Part shown: positions 10,119-18,652 of the stretch, in pieces
How positions within the stretch are numbered: position 1 is the first letter of the stretch
Layout of the letters: every line of letters starts with the position of its first letter
NCBI GenBank assembly: GCA_016192455.1
Contig: JACPUC010000023.1
Coordinates: 1-37,634 of the forward strand
Direction: 5' to 3'
DNA from: Candidatus Tectimicrobiota bacterium
Lineage (GTDB): Bacteria; JACPUC01
Length of the DNA: 37,634 nt
Made by a program: the position numbers and the translations under genes
The notes under the pieces: generated by a model
Databases searched by the model: none
Seen by the model: only the letters and a program-made list of their open reading frames with translations
What the model was told of the DNA's origin: nothing

Positions 10119-10379
10119 TCACCTGATCAAATTGAGGCGTTTGAGGTCGTCCTCGGTCCAGCGGGTTGCTCTGAGTACACTTTCGAGGGTCTTGCGCGTG
10201 AGGTTGGCGCCGCTGCGGTGGTAGTGGACCAGCACGATTCTCCCGTCGGGGTGGGCGTAGATACGTCCGCCGGTTCGGGTTTCCCGCTTTAAGGAGAACC
10301 CGTCTTTCTCCACGGCGCTGATCAAGGTCCGTAGCGGGATGTTCCACAGGAGATGAACCAAGTGGCCGACCTGCGTCAT
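10119..10379 (-). CDS. hicA: HicA-family mRNA interferase toxin (copy 1, intact)
   Basis: 86 aa basic protein, 'LISAVEKDGFSLKRETRTGGRIYAHPDGRIVLVHYH'; start overlaps the stop of the upstream hicB. Confidence 0.75.
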   Translation of the reverse strand: MTQVGHLVHLLWNIPLRTLISAVEKDGFSLKRETRTGGRIYAHPDGRIVLVHYHRSGANLTRKTLESVLRATRWTEDDLKRLNLIR

Positions 10380-10612
10380 ACGACGGCGATCACCGCGGCA
10401 TCATCTCTGACCTCCACCCCCTCTGCAACAGGAATGGGTTGCCCGCTCTCCAACAGGACTTCGATATATGCCTGGACCCCCTCTCTGAGCGCTTCGAGGG
10501 CTTCTTCCTTGCTGTACCCCCAGGTGGCGCAGCCGGGCAGCGCTTCCACCCAGGCGCTCCAGCGCCCGTCTTCTTCTTGCGCCAGATCAGCATGAAAGAC
10601 GTAGGATTTCAC
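10376..10612 (-). CDS. hicB: Short HicB-family antitoxin (copy 1)
   Basis: GTG start after GAGG; 'EEDGRWSAWVEALPGCATWGYSKEEALEALREGVQAYIE' is the HicB RNase-H-like core. 78 aa, no evident DNA-binding tail. Confidence 0.88.
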   Translation of the reverse strand: MKSYVFHADLAQEEDGRWSAWVEALPGCATWGYSKEEALEALREGVQAYIEVLLESGQPIPVAEGVEVRDDAAVIAVV

Positions 10613-10661
10613 GGCGACGACCTCGCTGCCATGGGGAGTGCTATTGAACGTGCCTACTAAC

Positions 10662-10689
10662 AGCATAGCACGGCCTGGACCGCCGTCAA
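10662..10689 (-). promoter_or_regulatory. Promoter of hicBA copy 1
   Basis: TTGACG-16bp-TATGCT with extended -10 TGn; same architecture upstream of copy 2. Confidence 0.55.
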
Positions 10690-10721
10690 TGCTCGGGCTT
10701 ATCGTGCCCTAGCACCCGTGC

Positions 10722-10977
10722 TCACTTGATCAACTTCAGGCGTCGCAGGTCCTCCCGGTCCACCGAGTGCCAATCAAGAGGTTGCGCAGAACGATGGCGG
10801 GAGAGTGAGATTTGGACGGTGGAAATGTATGACCACCCGCCGATGGTCCGGGTGGCGGTAGACGCGCTGGCTTCCTTGGCGCTCGGTGAACTCAAAGCCG
10901 TCTCGCTCAAGCGCTTGGACAATGCGGCGCGTGGAGACATTGCGCAGGAGCGCAAGGGGTGGGTGGCCGCCGGTCAT
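10722..10977 (-). pseudogene. hicA: HicA-family toxin (copy 2) with two single-base deletions
   Basis: MTGGHPPLALLRNVSTRRIVQALERDGFEFTERQGSQRVYRHPDHRRVVIHFHRPNLTLP, then IVLRNLLIGTRWT in a second frame, then EDLRRLKLIK* in a third. These align with copy 1 'LESVLRATRWTEDDLKRLNLIR'. Confidence 0.8.
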
Positions 10978-11210
10978 ACGGTAACGGCAACGACAGGCTC
11001 GTCCAACTCATGAGGCGCGGCAACGCGCGGCATTTCCTCGCCGGCCTCTTGCAGATCTCGAAGATAGGCTTCCACCGCATCGCGGATGTTCCGCAGCGCT
11101 TCCTCCCTGCTGTACCCCCAGGTGGCGCAGCCGGGCAGCGCTTCCACCCAGGCGCTCCAGCGCCCGTCGTCTTCTTGGACGAGATCGGCATGAAAGACGT
11201 AGGATTTCAC
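10974..11210 (-). CDS. hicB: Short HicB-family antitoxin (copy 2)
   Basis: GTG start, 78 aa; first 34 codons nearly identical to copy 1. Confidence 0.88.
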   Translation of the reverse strand: MKSYVFHADLVQEDDGRWSAWVEALPGCATWGYSREEALRNIRDAVEAYLRDLQEAGEEMPRVAAPHELDEPVVAVTV

Positions 11211-11258
11211 CCTGGCAACCTCTTTGAGAGGCGAATGTGAGTTGCGCCCCGTAGAGCA

Positions 11259-11286
11259 AACATAGCACACGGCCGCGCCTCGTCAA
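11259..11286 (-). promoter_or_regulatory. Promoter of hicBA copy 2
   Basis: TTGACG-16bp-TATGTT with extended -10 TGn. Confidence 0.55.
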
Positions 11287-11346
11287 TATCGCCTCACCAC
11301 GTCTCCGGCCGCTCGCGGATGACTTCTGCGGGCAAGAGGAGAGGAG

Positions 11347-11613
11347 TTACCAGTAGGTGCTCTCACTCCTCAGCATGATTGCCGAAATTTCGACCACGCG
11401 GGATGTGCGGAAGGGGGTAAAAATAAGGCGATACCCAGCAACACGCTTCCGATATCGACCCTTCCACTGCTTGCCCTTGAGCGGTTTGACCGCTCCTCGA
11501 AAGGGGTCCTCCTTCATCTCCTCGAGGGCTCTGCCGACCAATTCCTGTCGATCGGGCGGGAGTTTCTCGTACTCCTTGGCGGCGCGACGTGAGAGTTCAA
11601 TGGTCCACGACAT
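11347..11613 (-). CDS. relE: RelE/ParE-family toxin
   Basis: 88 aa: 'WTIELSRRAAKEYEKLP...DPFRGAVKPLKG...YRKRVAGYRLIF...R..TY'. Confidence 0.85.
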   Translation of the reverse strand: MSWTIELSRRAAKEYEKLPPDRQELVGRALEEMKEDPFRGAVKPLKGKQWKGRYRKRVAGYRLIFTPFRTSRVVEISAIMLRSESTYW

Positions 11614-11632
11614 AGAGACAGGAACTCGCTGA

Positions 11633-11896
11633 TTAGAGGTCTAATCCCAGGCGCTGTTTCAAGTCGTCCCAATTGATCGACTCGCCACGCTTGAGTTGCT
11701 TCTCTCCTTCGCGGACAAGAGCCTCCTCTTCGGGGGTAAGGAGATCATCGGCATCAACGAGTCGCTTGGGCTTGATGACCACTGCCTCCTCCACTCTGAG
11801 AACCTCGACGAAGTCCCCCTCTTGAAGGCCCAGCGCTTCACAGAACTCCTTCGGGATGACAACTTGGCGCCGCCGGCCGAGCTTGCTGATTGGCAT
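11633..11896 (-). CDS. AbrB/MazE/SpoVT-family antitoxin
   Basis: 'SKLGRRRQVVIPKEFCEALGLQEGDFVEV' swapped-hairpin motif plus acidic C-terminal tail; directly upstream of relE. Confidence 0.85.
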   Translation of the reverse strand: MPISKLGRRRQVVIPKEFCEALGLQEGDFVEVLRVEEAVVIKPKRLVDADDLLTPEEEALVREGEKQLKRGESINWDDLKQRLGLDL

Positions 11897-12048
11897 GGTA
11901 AGCCTCCGTCGAAGTGATAAACCTCGTCTGTTCGTCGCCTTAACAGAATATCAGATAGGCAGATATCTTGCCAGGGCGGTCTGCTGAAACCCCCCCCTCT
12001 TCCACCCTTCGCGAATGACCTTGGACGGACGCGGTTGGTTGAGAGAGG

Positions 12049-12304
12049 TCAGTCGCGGTACGACTCCCCGCGGCGCCGGACCCGGTGGAGATGGACCCTA
12101 TTACCCCTGATGTCGTAGCGAATCCGGTACTCACCAACCCGAACGCGCCATTGCCCGCTCTTGACGCCGGAGAACTTCTTCCCGTGCCTGGGGCTCTCCT
12201 CAGAGACGCGCGAGCTCAGTCAACAGCCGCTGCTGAGTCTCGGCGGTGAGCTTGCGAACGTCGCGCGCAAAGCGCGGAGAGCTGATGACAATGTAGCGCG
12301 GCAT
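12049..12304 (-). pseudogene. relE: RelE-family toxin with a +1 frameshift (not in the ORF track)
   Basis: MPRYIVISSPRFARDVRKLTAETQQRLLTELARL then TGA. Removing one base near 12202 continues as EESPRHGKKFSGVKSGQWRVRVGEYRIRYDIRGNRVHLHRVRRRGESYRD*. Span is 256 nt = 85 codons + 1. Confidence 0.82.
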
Positions 12305-12306
12305 GT

Positions 12307-12627
12307 TTACTGCTTGACCCGCCGCGCTTTCGTCGCGAGACTTCGGCGGAGTTCTTCAAGGGTGATACCCTTGCCCTCTGCGATCTCCTTTCCTGAGTCA
12401 ATCAAACTCTGCTGAAACTCCTTATCCTGCTGTTCGCGCCACGTCTCGATCAGGTCCTCCAGGTCTTCATACTCAGGGATACTGAGCAACACCGCCGCCG
12501 GAATGCCTGCCCGCTTCACGAGGAAACGCTGCCGCTTGTTGGCAACCTGGTCGAGGATGTCGCCGAGATGGTGGCGCAGGGTGATGGCGCTGATCTCCTT
12601 TGGCGGAGCATGTTTCGGCTTCTTCAA
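12307..12627 (-). CDS. Phd/YefM-family antitoxin
   Basis: TTG start after GGGAGG; 'EISAITLRHHLGDILDQV...FLVKRAGIPAAVLLSIPEYEDL'; 2 bp upstream of the relE pseudogene. Confidence 0.85.
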   Translation of the reverse strand: MKKPKHAPPKEISAITLRHHLGDILDQVANKRQRFLVKRAGIPAAVLLSIPEYEDLEDLIETWREQQDKEFQQSLIDSGKEIAEGKGITLEELRRSLATKARRVKQ

Positions 12628-12713
12628 GGGAGCCTCCCTGAGAGGGTGTTTAACAGTAGTATGGTAGTAGTATAGCGTCATGATGGCCGGTGGCGTCAAG
12701 GGGTTGATGCTCT

Positions 12714-12740
12714 TCCCACCGCTCCCACCGCTCCCACCGC
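12714..12740 (+). repeat. 9-bp tandem repeat (TCCCACCGC)x3
   Basis: Seen directly, intergenic between nth and the TA cluster. Confidence 0.7.
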
Positions 12741-12811
12741 TCGAGCATGAATTCTCCACGGAGGCGTGATCGAGATGGCTGGTGGCAAGCCGGCGCGCTG
12801 CTCCCAGCCGC

Positions 12812-13468
12812 TCACCGCGACCGGCTCACCGCGACGCGGCGGCAGGCGAAGGCGAGGGGGCAGCGCGAGCAGTGCGGCGAGAGGGGGGTGCAGAGGTTCT
12901 GGCCGTAGGTCACCAGGAGGTCGTTGAGGGGAATCCAGTACTGCCGGGGGAGCTTCTGGCGCAGCGCCGCCTCGGTCTGCTCGGGCGTCTTCGTGGCGAC
13001 GTAGCCCCAGCGGTTGCAAATGCGGTGCACGTGCGTATCAACGCAGATGCCGGCGCTCTGAAAGCCCAACGTGAGCACCAGGTTGGCGGTCTTGCGGCCC
13101 ACCCCCTTGAGGCTGAGGAGGGCGTCGAGGTTGTTCGGCACCTGGCCGTCGAAGCGCTCGAGGAGGGCGCGGCAGACCTCCCGGATGGTGCGCGCCTTGG
13201 TGCGGTAGAAGCCGACCGGGTAGATGGCGCGCTCGATCCGTTCCGTCGACAGACGCACCATCGCAGCCGGCGACCGCGCCAGGGCGAAGAGGCGCTCGCT
13301 GGCGGCGCCGGTCACCGCGTCCTTCGTGCGCAAGCTCAGGAGCGTGCTGATGAGGAGCTGGAAGGGGGGATGCCGAGCCTCCGCGTAGGCGCTCACCACC
13401 GGCGCTTTCCAGGCCCGCGCCGCGGCCTCCAGCAGGCGCATGACGCGATGGATCGAGCGGTTCGTCAT
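12812..13468 (-). CDS. nth: Endonuclease III
   Basis: PFQLLISTLLS, HhH motif LKGVGRKTANLV, VDTHVHRI, 4Fe-4S motif C-x6-C-x2-C-x5-C (CTPLSPHCSRCPLAFAC). Start placed at MTNRS. Confidence 0.93.
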   Translation of the reverse strand: MTNRSIHRVMRLLEAAARAWKAPVVSAYAEARHPPFQLLISTLLSLRTKDAVTGAASERLFALARSPAAMVRLSTERIERAIYPVGFYRTKARTIREVCRALLERFDGQVPNNLDALLSLKGVGRKTANLVLTLGFQSAGICVDTHVHRICNRWGYVATKTPEQTEAALRQKLPRQYWIPLNDLLVTYGQNLCTPLSPHCSRCPLAFACRRVAVSRSR

Positions 13469-13473
13469 GAGGG

Positions 13474-13920
13474 CCTCGAAAAGAGGCGCGGACGCGGTTG
13501 ATTTCAGGCGACGATGAGGCTGACGGTCGTGCGGCAGGTGTCCTTCACCTCGGCGCTCTCCATGCCTCCGCGGTTCAATGGAGTGCACCGCCGAGCCGCG
13601 GAGGACGCGGAGGATAGGTGAACCACGGATGGACACGGATTGACACCGATTTCCGCGTGCCGCCGCGCCCCTCCGGGGTTTCTTGCATGCCGCTGGTAGG
13701 GGCGGTTCGCGAACCGCCCCTCCGGCCGATGACCAGGACGCCTGCCTGCCTCGCAAAGAGGGGCGTCAGCGGTTGATTTCAGGCGACGATGAGGCTGACC
13801 GTCTTGTTTTTTGTCCACAGGCTGGAAGCCTGTCCTACAGACCTTCTCCAGCGGGAGAGGGGATGTCTCCGCGTCTCCGCGGTTCAGCTTCACCGCGGAG
13901 GCGCGGAGGGCGCGGAGGTT
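13474..13920. repeat. Mosaic REP/BIME-like cluster containing a ~51-bp direct repeat
   Basis: Direct repeat 13474..13524 / 13749..13799 with a perfect 31-bp core GCGGTTGATTTCAGGCGACGATGAGGCTGAC. Also GTAG palindrome 13696..13723, ACAGGCTGGAAGCCTGTCCTAC 13817..13838, AACCACGGAT 10-mer arm 13620..13650, and CCGCGGAG-type arms. Confidence 0.75.
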
Positions 13921-14278
13921 TCGACAGGCACGGAGCTTGCGGCGGCCGATTCTATCGTTGCCGCAGCCTGCCCGCAAGCAAGGGGTGATGACCTCCGCCG
14001 CCGCGGCCCGCTGGTTGCCTTGCGGCGGCCTTTTGTGTACCGTTCCCCGAGGCGCGCCGGCGCGTGCTCACCTCGACATGACGGGGATTGGTCGTCCCAG
14101 CGGACGACGTCCGGCGCCGCGGTTCGTCGGTGGGGCGCCGCGCTGCTCCACGCTGACGCATCTCCTGGACCCCTGCTGAAGGAAGCCCTCCTCAGCCGCG
14201 TGCCGCGCGATCGCCACGGCGCGGCCGGCGGCTCGCGCCCCGCCCATCCGCACCAGCCAGGAACGAAAGCACGACCCC

Positions 14279-15163
14279 ATGGCGGCAGGCAAGTTCTACG
14301 CGCTCATGGCCGGCATCATCTGGGGGTTCACGCCGATCTTCGCCAAGCTCGCCCTGGGCGGCGCCAGCTCCCGCCTGGTCATGGTCTTCGGGACGCTCAG
14401 CGGCGCCGGGCTGATCGTCGTCATCGGCCTGGCGCAGGGCACCAGCGGCTGGTTCGGGTTGCCGCTGCCGACGCTGCTGGTCTACATGGCGACGGGAGTC
14501 ACCGGCTCGTTCTTCGGCCACATGTTCTATATCAAGGGGATTGACAAGATCGGCGGGGCGCGGGCCACCTCGATCGTCAACGCCAGCCCGCTCCTCACCA
14601 CGTTCTTCGCCACGCTGCTGCTGGGTGAGCGCTTCACCGCCGTGATCGGCGCGGGCATTGTGTTGATCGTTGGCGGCATCTACCTCATCTCCGCGCAGCG
14701 CGCGGACCAGGGACCGCAGCGCTACCGGCGCCTCGACCTCCTCTGGCCGCTCCTTTCCGCCTTTTGCTACAGCTTCAATCCGGTGCTCAAGCGCCTTGGC
14801 ATGACCATGACGCCGGCCCCCATCCTGGGCATCTTTTACTCGCACGGCACCTCGTCGGTTCTCTTTCTCATCTCCTTCCTCATCCGGCAGGGCTGGCGGG
14901 AGGCCCGCAGCGTGGCGCCGCGCTACCTCCTCTTCACCGTGCTGGCCGGCTTCGCCACCTCACTGGGGGGATACATGACCTACCTCGCCGTGCAAGATCA
15001 GCCGGCGCTCATCGTCTCCTCCATCTGGCGCATCACCCCGCTGGTGAGCCTCTTCCTCAGCTACCTCATGCTGCGCGGCGCCGAGGAGGTCACCCTGAAG
15101 GATCTCCTGGGCACCGTGACCATCGTGGCGGGAGTGGTCATCCTGCTGCGGCTGGCGCGGTGA
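14279..15163 (+). CDS. DMT/EamA-family transporter
   Basis: About 10 hydrophobic segments in two repeats; '[18 protein letters not shown]', '[18 protein letters not shown]', 'LLLGERFT'. Confidence 0.88.
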   Translation: MAAGKFYALMAGIIWGFTPIFAKLALGGASSRLVMVFGTLSGAGLIVVIGLAQGTSGWFGLPLPTLLVYMATGVTGSFFGHMFYIKGIDKIGGARATSIVNASPLLTTFFATLLLGERFTAVIGAGIVLIVGGIYLISAQRADQGPQRYRRLDLLWPLLSAFCYSFNPVLKRLGMTMTPAPILGIFYSHGTSSVLFLISFLIRQGWREARSVAPRYLLFTVLAGFATSLGGYMTYLAVQDQPALIVSSIWRITPLVSLFLSYLMLRGAEEVTLKDLLGTVTIVAGVVILLRLAR

Positions 15164-15226
15164 GGGGGGCCGCTGGGCGGAGGCGGCGATGCGCGCGGGG
15201 CTACTTTCGCTGTACCTTTGCTCCAC

Positions 15227-15250
15227 TGCTATGATAGAAAGGGGTATAAT
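15227..15250 (+). promoter_or_regulatory. Possible -10 elements for the yebC-ruv operon
   Basis: TGcTATGAT (extended -10) and TATAAT about 110 bp upstream of yebC; -35 is weak. Confidence 0.35.
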
Positions 15251-15356
15251 TGGATTACAAGGCTACAACTCTGGCGCCAGATTCTGGGTGCTGGCAAGCG
15301 AACCTCCAGAGCCATGCCTCCGCGGCACCACCAGCCATGCTCGAAGGAGGGGTCCC

Positions 15357-16109
15357 GTGTCAGGTCATTCAAAATGGGCGAGCATCAAACATAAGAAAGC
15401 GGCGGTTGATGCCAAACGTGGGAAGATGTTCACCAAGGTCATCAAAGAGATCACCGTGGCGGCACGGCTTGGCGGAGGCGATCCCGACACCAATCCGCGC
15501 CTGCGCCTGGCAATCGCCAACGCCAAGGACGTGAACATGCCGCACGACAACGTGCAGCGCGCCATCAAGAAAGGCACCGGCGAGCTGGAAGGAGCCTCGT
15601 ACGAGGAGGTGACCTACGAAGGGTATGGTCCGGCGGGCGTCGCGGTGATGGTCGAGGTGATGACCGACAACAAGAATCGCACCGTCGCGGAGATTCGCTC
15701 CATCTTCAGCAAGAACGGCGGGAACCTCGGCGAGGGCGGCTGCGTGGCCTGGCAGTTCGAGAAGAAGGGGCTGGTGCTCATGGACGAGGGGCAGATCGAG
15801 GAGGATGCCCTGCTGGACATCGTCCTCACCGCCGGCGCGGAGGACCTGCGGAAGGATGGCCTGGTCATCGAGATCGTCACCGCCCCGGACGAGCTCGAAC
15901 AGGTGCGCCAGGCGCTCGAAGCGCACCAGCTCACCTACTCGTCGGCGCGCGTCAGCATGCTGCCGCAGAGCACGATCCAGCTTGACGGCAAGCACGCGCA
16001 GCAGATGCTGCGTCTCATGGACGCCCTGGAAGACCACGAGGACGTGCAGAACTGCCACGCCAACTTCGACATCCCCGAGGAGGTGATGGCGGCCATGACC
16101 ACCCACTGA
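15357..16109 (+). CDS. yebC: YebC/PmpR-family protein
   Basis: GTG start after GGAGG; (M)[38 protein letters not shown]. Confidence 0.96.
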   Translation: MSGHSKWASIKHKKAAVDAKRGKMFTKVIKEITVAARLGGGDPDTNPRLRLAIANAKDVNMPHDNVQRAIKKGTGELEGASYEEVTYEGYGPAGVAVMVEVMTDNKNRTVAEIRSIFSKNGGNLGEGGCVAWQFEKKGLVLMDEGQIEEDALLDIVLTAGAEDLRKDGLVIEIVTAPDELEQVRQALEAHQLTYSSARVSMLPQSTIQLDGKHAQQMLRLMDALEDHEDVQNCHANFDIPEEVMAAMTTH

Positions 16110-16170
16110 TCCCGCCTCGCTCGTCACCTGTGCTCCTCGCCCCTGCACCCTCGTCACGCGGGGAATCCTC

Positions 16171-16674
16171 GTGCGCATTCTTGGTATCGACCCGGGCAGT
16201 CGGGCCACCGGTTTCGGCGTCATCGAGTGCGACGGGCCGCGGCTGCGCGCGGTGCGCTGGGGACGCTTGACCGCCCCCCGGCACCTGCCGCTCTGCGAGC
16301 GCCTGTTGGCGGTCTACGACGGCGTGCGCGAGGTCCTGGCGGCGGATCGCCCGGATGTGGCGGCGGTGGAGTCGGTCTTCTTCGCGCAGCATCCCCGCGG
16401 CGCCCTCGTCCTCGGCCAGGCGCGCGGGGTGGTGCTGTTGGCGGCGGCGCAAGCCGGCCTGGCGGTTGCCGAGTACTCCCCCCTGGCGATCAAGCAGGCG
16501 GTCGTCGGTCATGGCCGCGCCGAGAAGGCGCAGGTGCAGGCCATGGTGCAAGCCCTGCTCGGCCTCACGCGTCCGCCGCCCAGCGATGCGGCCGATGCCC
16601 TGGCGGCGGCGATCTGCCACGCCCACAGCGAGCCCCTGGCGGCCAGGCTGCGCGCGTCGCAGGCGCGACGGTGA
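16171..16674 (+). CDS. ruvC: Holliday junction resolvase
   Basis: ILGIDPG, VESVFF, LGQARG, IKQAVVGHGRAEKAQV, DAADALAAAICH. Confidence 0.96.
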   Translation: MRILGIDPGSRATGFGVIECDGPRLRAVRWGRLTAPRHLPLCERLLAVYDGVREVLAADRPDVAAVESVFFAQHPRGALVLGQARGVVLLAAAQAGLAVAEYSPLAIKQAVVGHGRAEKAQVQAMVQALLGLTRPPPSDAADALAAAICHAHSEPLAARLRASQARR

Positions 16675-16747
16675 ACCGGGGGTCGGGCCGGGCGCTGATC
16701 TCCTACCTGCTTTGTTGGGCCGCGGACTTCCGAGGGGGGAGAGTGCG

Positions 16748-17359
16748 ATGATCGCCCGGCTGCGCGGCGCCCTGGCGGTGAAATCGGCGCTCCATGTCGT
16801 GGTGGACGTCCATGGGGTGGGCTACCGCGTCTTTGTCCCCCTGTCGACGTTCTACAGCCTGCCGGAGGTGGGGCAGACGGTGACGCTTGAGATCCACACC
16901 CTGGTGCGCGATGATGCCCTGCACCTCTACGGCTTCCGCACCTGGCGGGAGAAGGCGCTCTTCGAGCAGCTCCTGAGCGTCTCGAAGATCGGCCCCAAGG
17001 TGGCCATCGGCATCCTCTCGGGGATCAGTCCCGAGGAGCTGGTGACGGCGATCGAGGCCGGCGATACGGCGCGCATCAACGCCGTGCCCGGCGTCGGCGC
17101 GAAGACGGCCGAGCGCATCATCGTCGAGCTGCGCGGCAAGGTGGCGGGCAAGGTGTGGGAGGGCGCGCTGGAGGGCCAGCCCAGCGATGGCGGCGGCGCG
17201 CGCGCCGTGACGGGCGAAAGCGTCTCGGCGCTCGTCAACTTGGGGTACAAGCGGCAGGAGGCCGAGAGAGCGGTGAAGGCCGTGCTGCAGAGGCGCGAGG
17301 GAAGCGACCTGAGCCTCGAGGAGACCATCCGCGAGGCCCTGCGCCACCTCTCCCAGTGA
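16748..17359 (+). CDS. ruvA: Holliday junction branch-migration protein RuvA
   Basis: MIARLRG, VHGVGY, LYGF, VSKIGPKVA, VPGVGAKTAERIIVEL, ALVNLGY. Confidence 0.96.
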   Translation: MIARLRGALAVKSALHVVVDVHGVGYRVFVPLSTFYSLPEVGQTVTLEIHTLVRDDALHLYGFRTWREKALFEQLLSVSKIGPKVAIGILSGISPEELVTAIEAGDTARINAVPGVGAKTAERIIVELRGKVAGKVWEGALEGQPSDGGGARAVTGESVSALVNLGYKRQEAERAVKAVLQRREGSDLSLEETIREALRHLSQ

Positions 17360-17524
17360 GCGGCGCGACGGGGGGATGCCGGCGGCGAGAAGGCGCGGCG
17401 CTGCCACGGCTTGCCCGCGGCGCCGGCGCGCTGCGCGGCAAGGCTGCGCCTCGTTGCGAGTCAGCACCATTCCCCTGGCGAACTGCGGGGGCCCCCCTGA
17501 GCACTGGCGCAAGGAGCCACCAGC

Positions 17525-18544
17525 GTGGATGAGCGACTGACCAGTCCCACAATCTCCGCGGATGACGCGGTGGCGGAGGCGGGGCTGCGGCCGCGCACCT
17601 TCGACGAGTACGTGGGGCAGGAGAAGATCAAGGAGAACCTCTCCATCTTCATCACCGCCGCCCTGCAGCGCGGCGAGGCGCTCGATCACGTGCTGCTCTA
17701 CGGCCCCCCCGGCCTGGGCAAGACCACCCTGGCGCACATTATCGCCAACACCCTGGGCGTGCCGCTGCGCGGCACCTCGGGGCCGGTGATCGAGCGCGCC
17801 GGCGACCTGGCGGCCATCCTCACCAACCTGGAGGAGCGCAGCGTCCTCTTCATCGACGAGGTGCACCGCCTCAATCGCGTCGTCGAGGAGATTCTCTACC
17901 CCGCCATGGAGGACTTCCAGCTCGACCTTGTCATCGGTCAGGGGCCGCACGCGCGCTCGGTGAAGCTCACCCTGCCGCCCTTCACGCTGGTGGCCGCCAC
18001 GACGCGCGCCGGCCTGCTGACGGGGCCGCTGCGCAACCGCTTCGGGGTCGTCTGCCGCCTGCAGTACTACGACACCGCCGAGCTCGAACAGGTGGCGGCG
18101 CGCTCGGCGGCCCTCCTGGCGATTCCCCTCGACGCGGCGGGGAAGCACGAGCTGGCGCTGCGGGCGCGGGGGACGCCGCGCATCGCCAACCGCTTGCTGC
18201 GGCGGGTGCGCGACTACGCCCAGGTGCGGGCCGACGGCGTCATCACGCGCGAGGTGGCCGACGCGGCCTTGCAGCTCCTGGAAGTCGACGAGCTGGGGCT
18301 CGACATAATGGATCGGCGGCTCCTCGCCGCCATCATCGAGAAGTTCAACGGCGGCCCGGTCGGCGTGGAGACCCTGGTGGCGGCGATCAGCGAAGAACGC
18401 GACACCATCGAGGACGTCTACGAGCCGTTCCTCATCCAGCGCGGCCTGCTGCAGCGCACGCCGCGGGGGCGCGTGGCGACGCCCGCCGCCTACCAGCACC
18501 TGAAGCTCGTGCCGCCGGGTGAGCAGCAGGGTCGCCTGTTCTGA
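17525..18544 (+). CDS. ruvB: Holliday junction branch-migration ATPase RuvB
   Basis: [55 protein letters not shown]. Confidence 0.97.
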   Translation: MDERLTSPTISADDAVAEAGLRPRTFDEYVGQEKIKENLSIFITAALQRGEALDHVLLYGPPGLGKTTLAHIIANTLGVPLRGTSGPVIERAGDLAAILTNLEERSVLFIDEVHRLNRVVEEILYPAMEDFQLDLVIGQGPHARSVKLTLPPFTLVAATTRAGLLTGPLRNRFGVVCRLQYYDTAELEQVAARSAALLAIPLDAAGKHELALRARGTPRIANRLLRRVRDYAQVRADGVITREVADAALQLLEVDELGLDIMDRRLLAAIIEKFNGGPVGVETLVAAISEERDTIEDVYEPFLIQRGLLQRTPRGRVATPAAYQHLKLVPPGEQQGRLF

Positions 18545-18652
18545 GGCCAGGACCGGGGGCCGTCGCCGCCGCGCCGCGCGGTCAGGCGCGCCGCCGCCGG
18601 CGCTGCGGCCGCAGGCTTCCAGCGCTCTCTTCCCTTCCTCCTGCCGTGCACC

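Noticed and set aside
11940..12137. 65-aa track ORF MVSTGFATTSG...
   Set aside because: Wrong frame over the 3' half of the frameshifted relE; no independent support.
10119..12627. TA cluster as an integron cassette array
   Set aside because: Genes are co-oriented, but I found no convincing attC sites (RYYYAAC...GTTRRRY with internal palindrome) between modules and no integrase.
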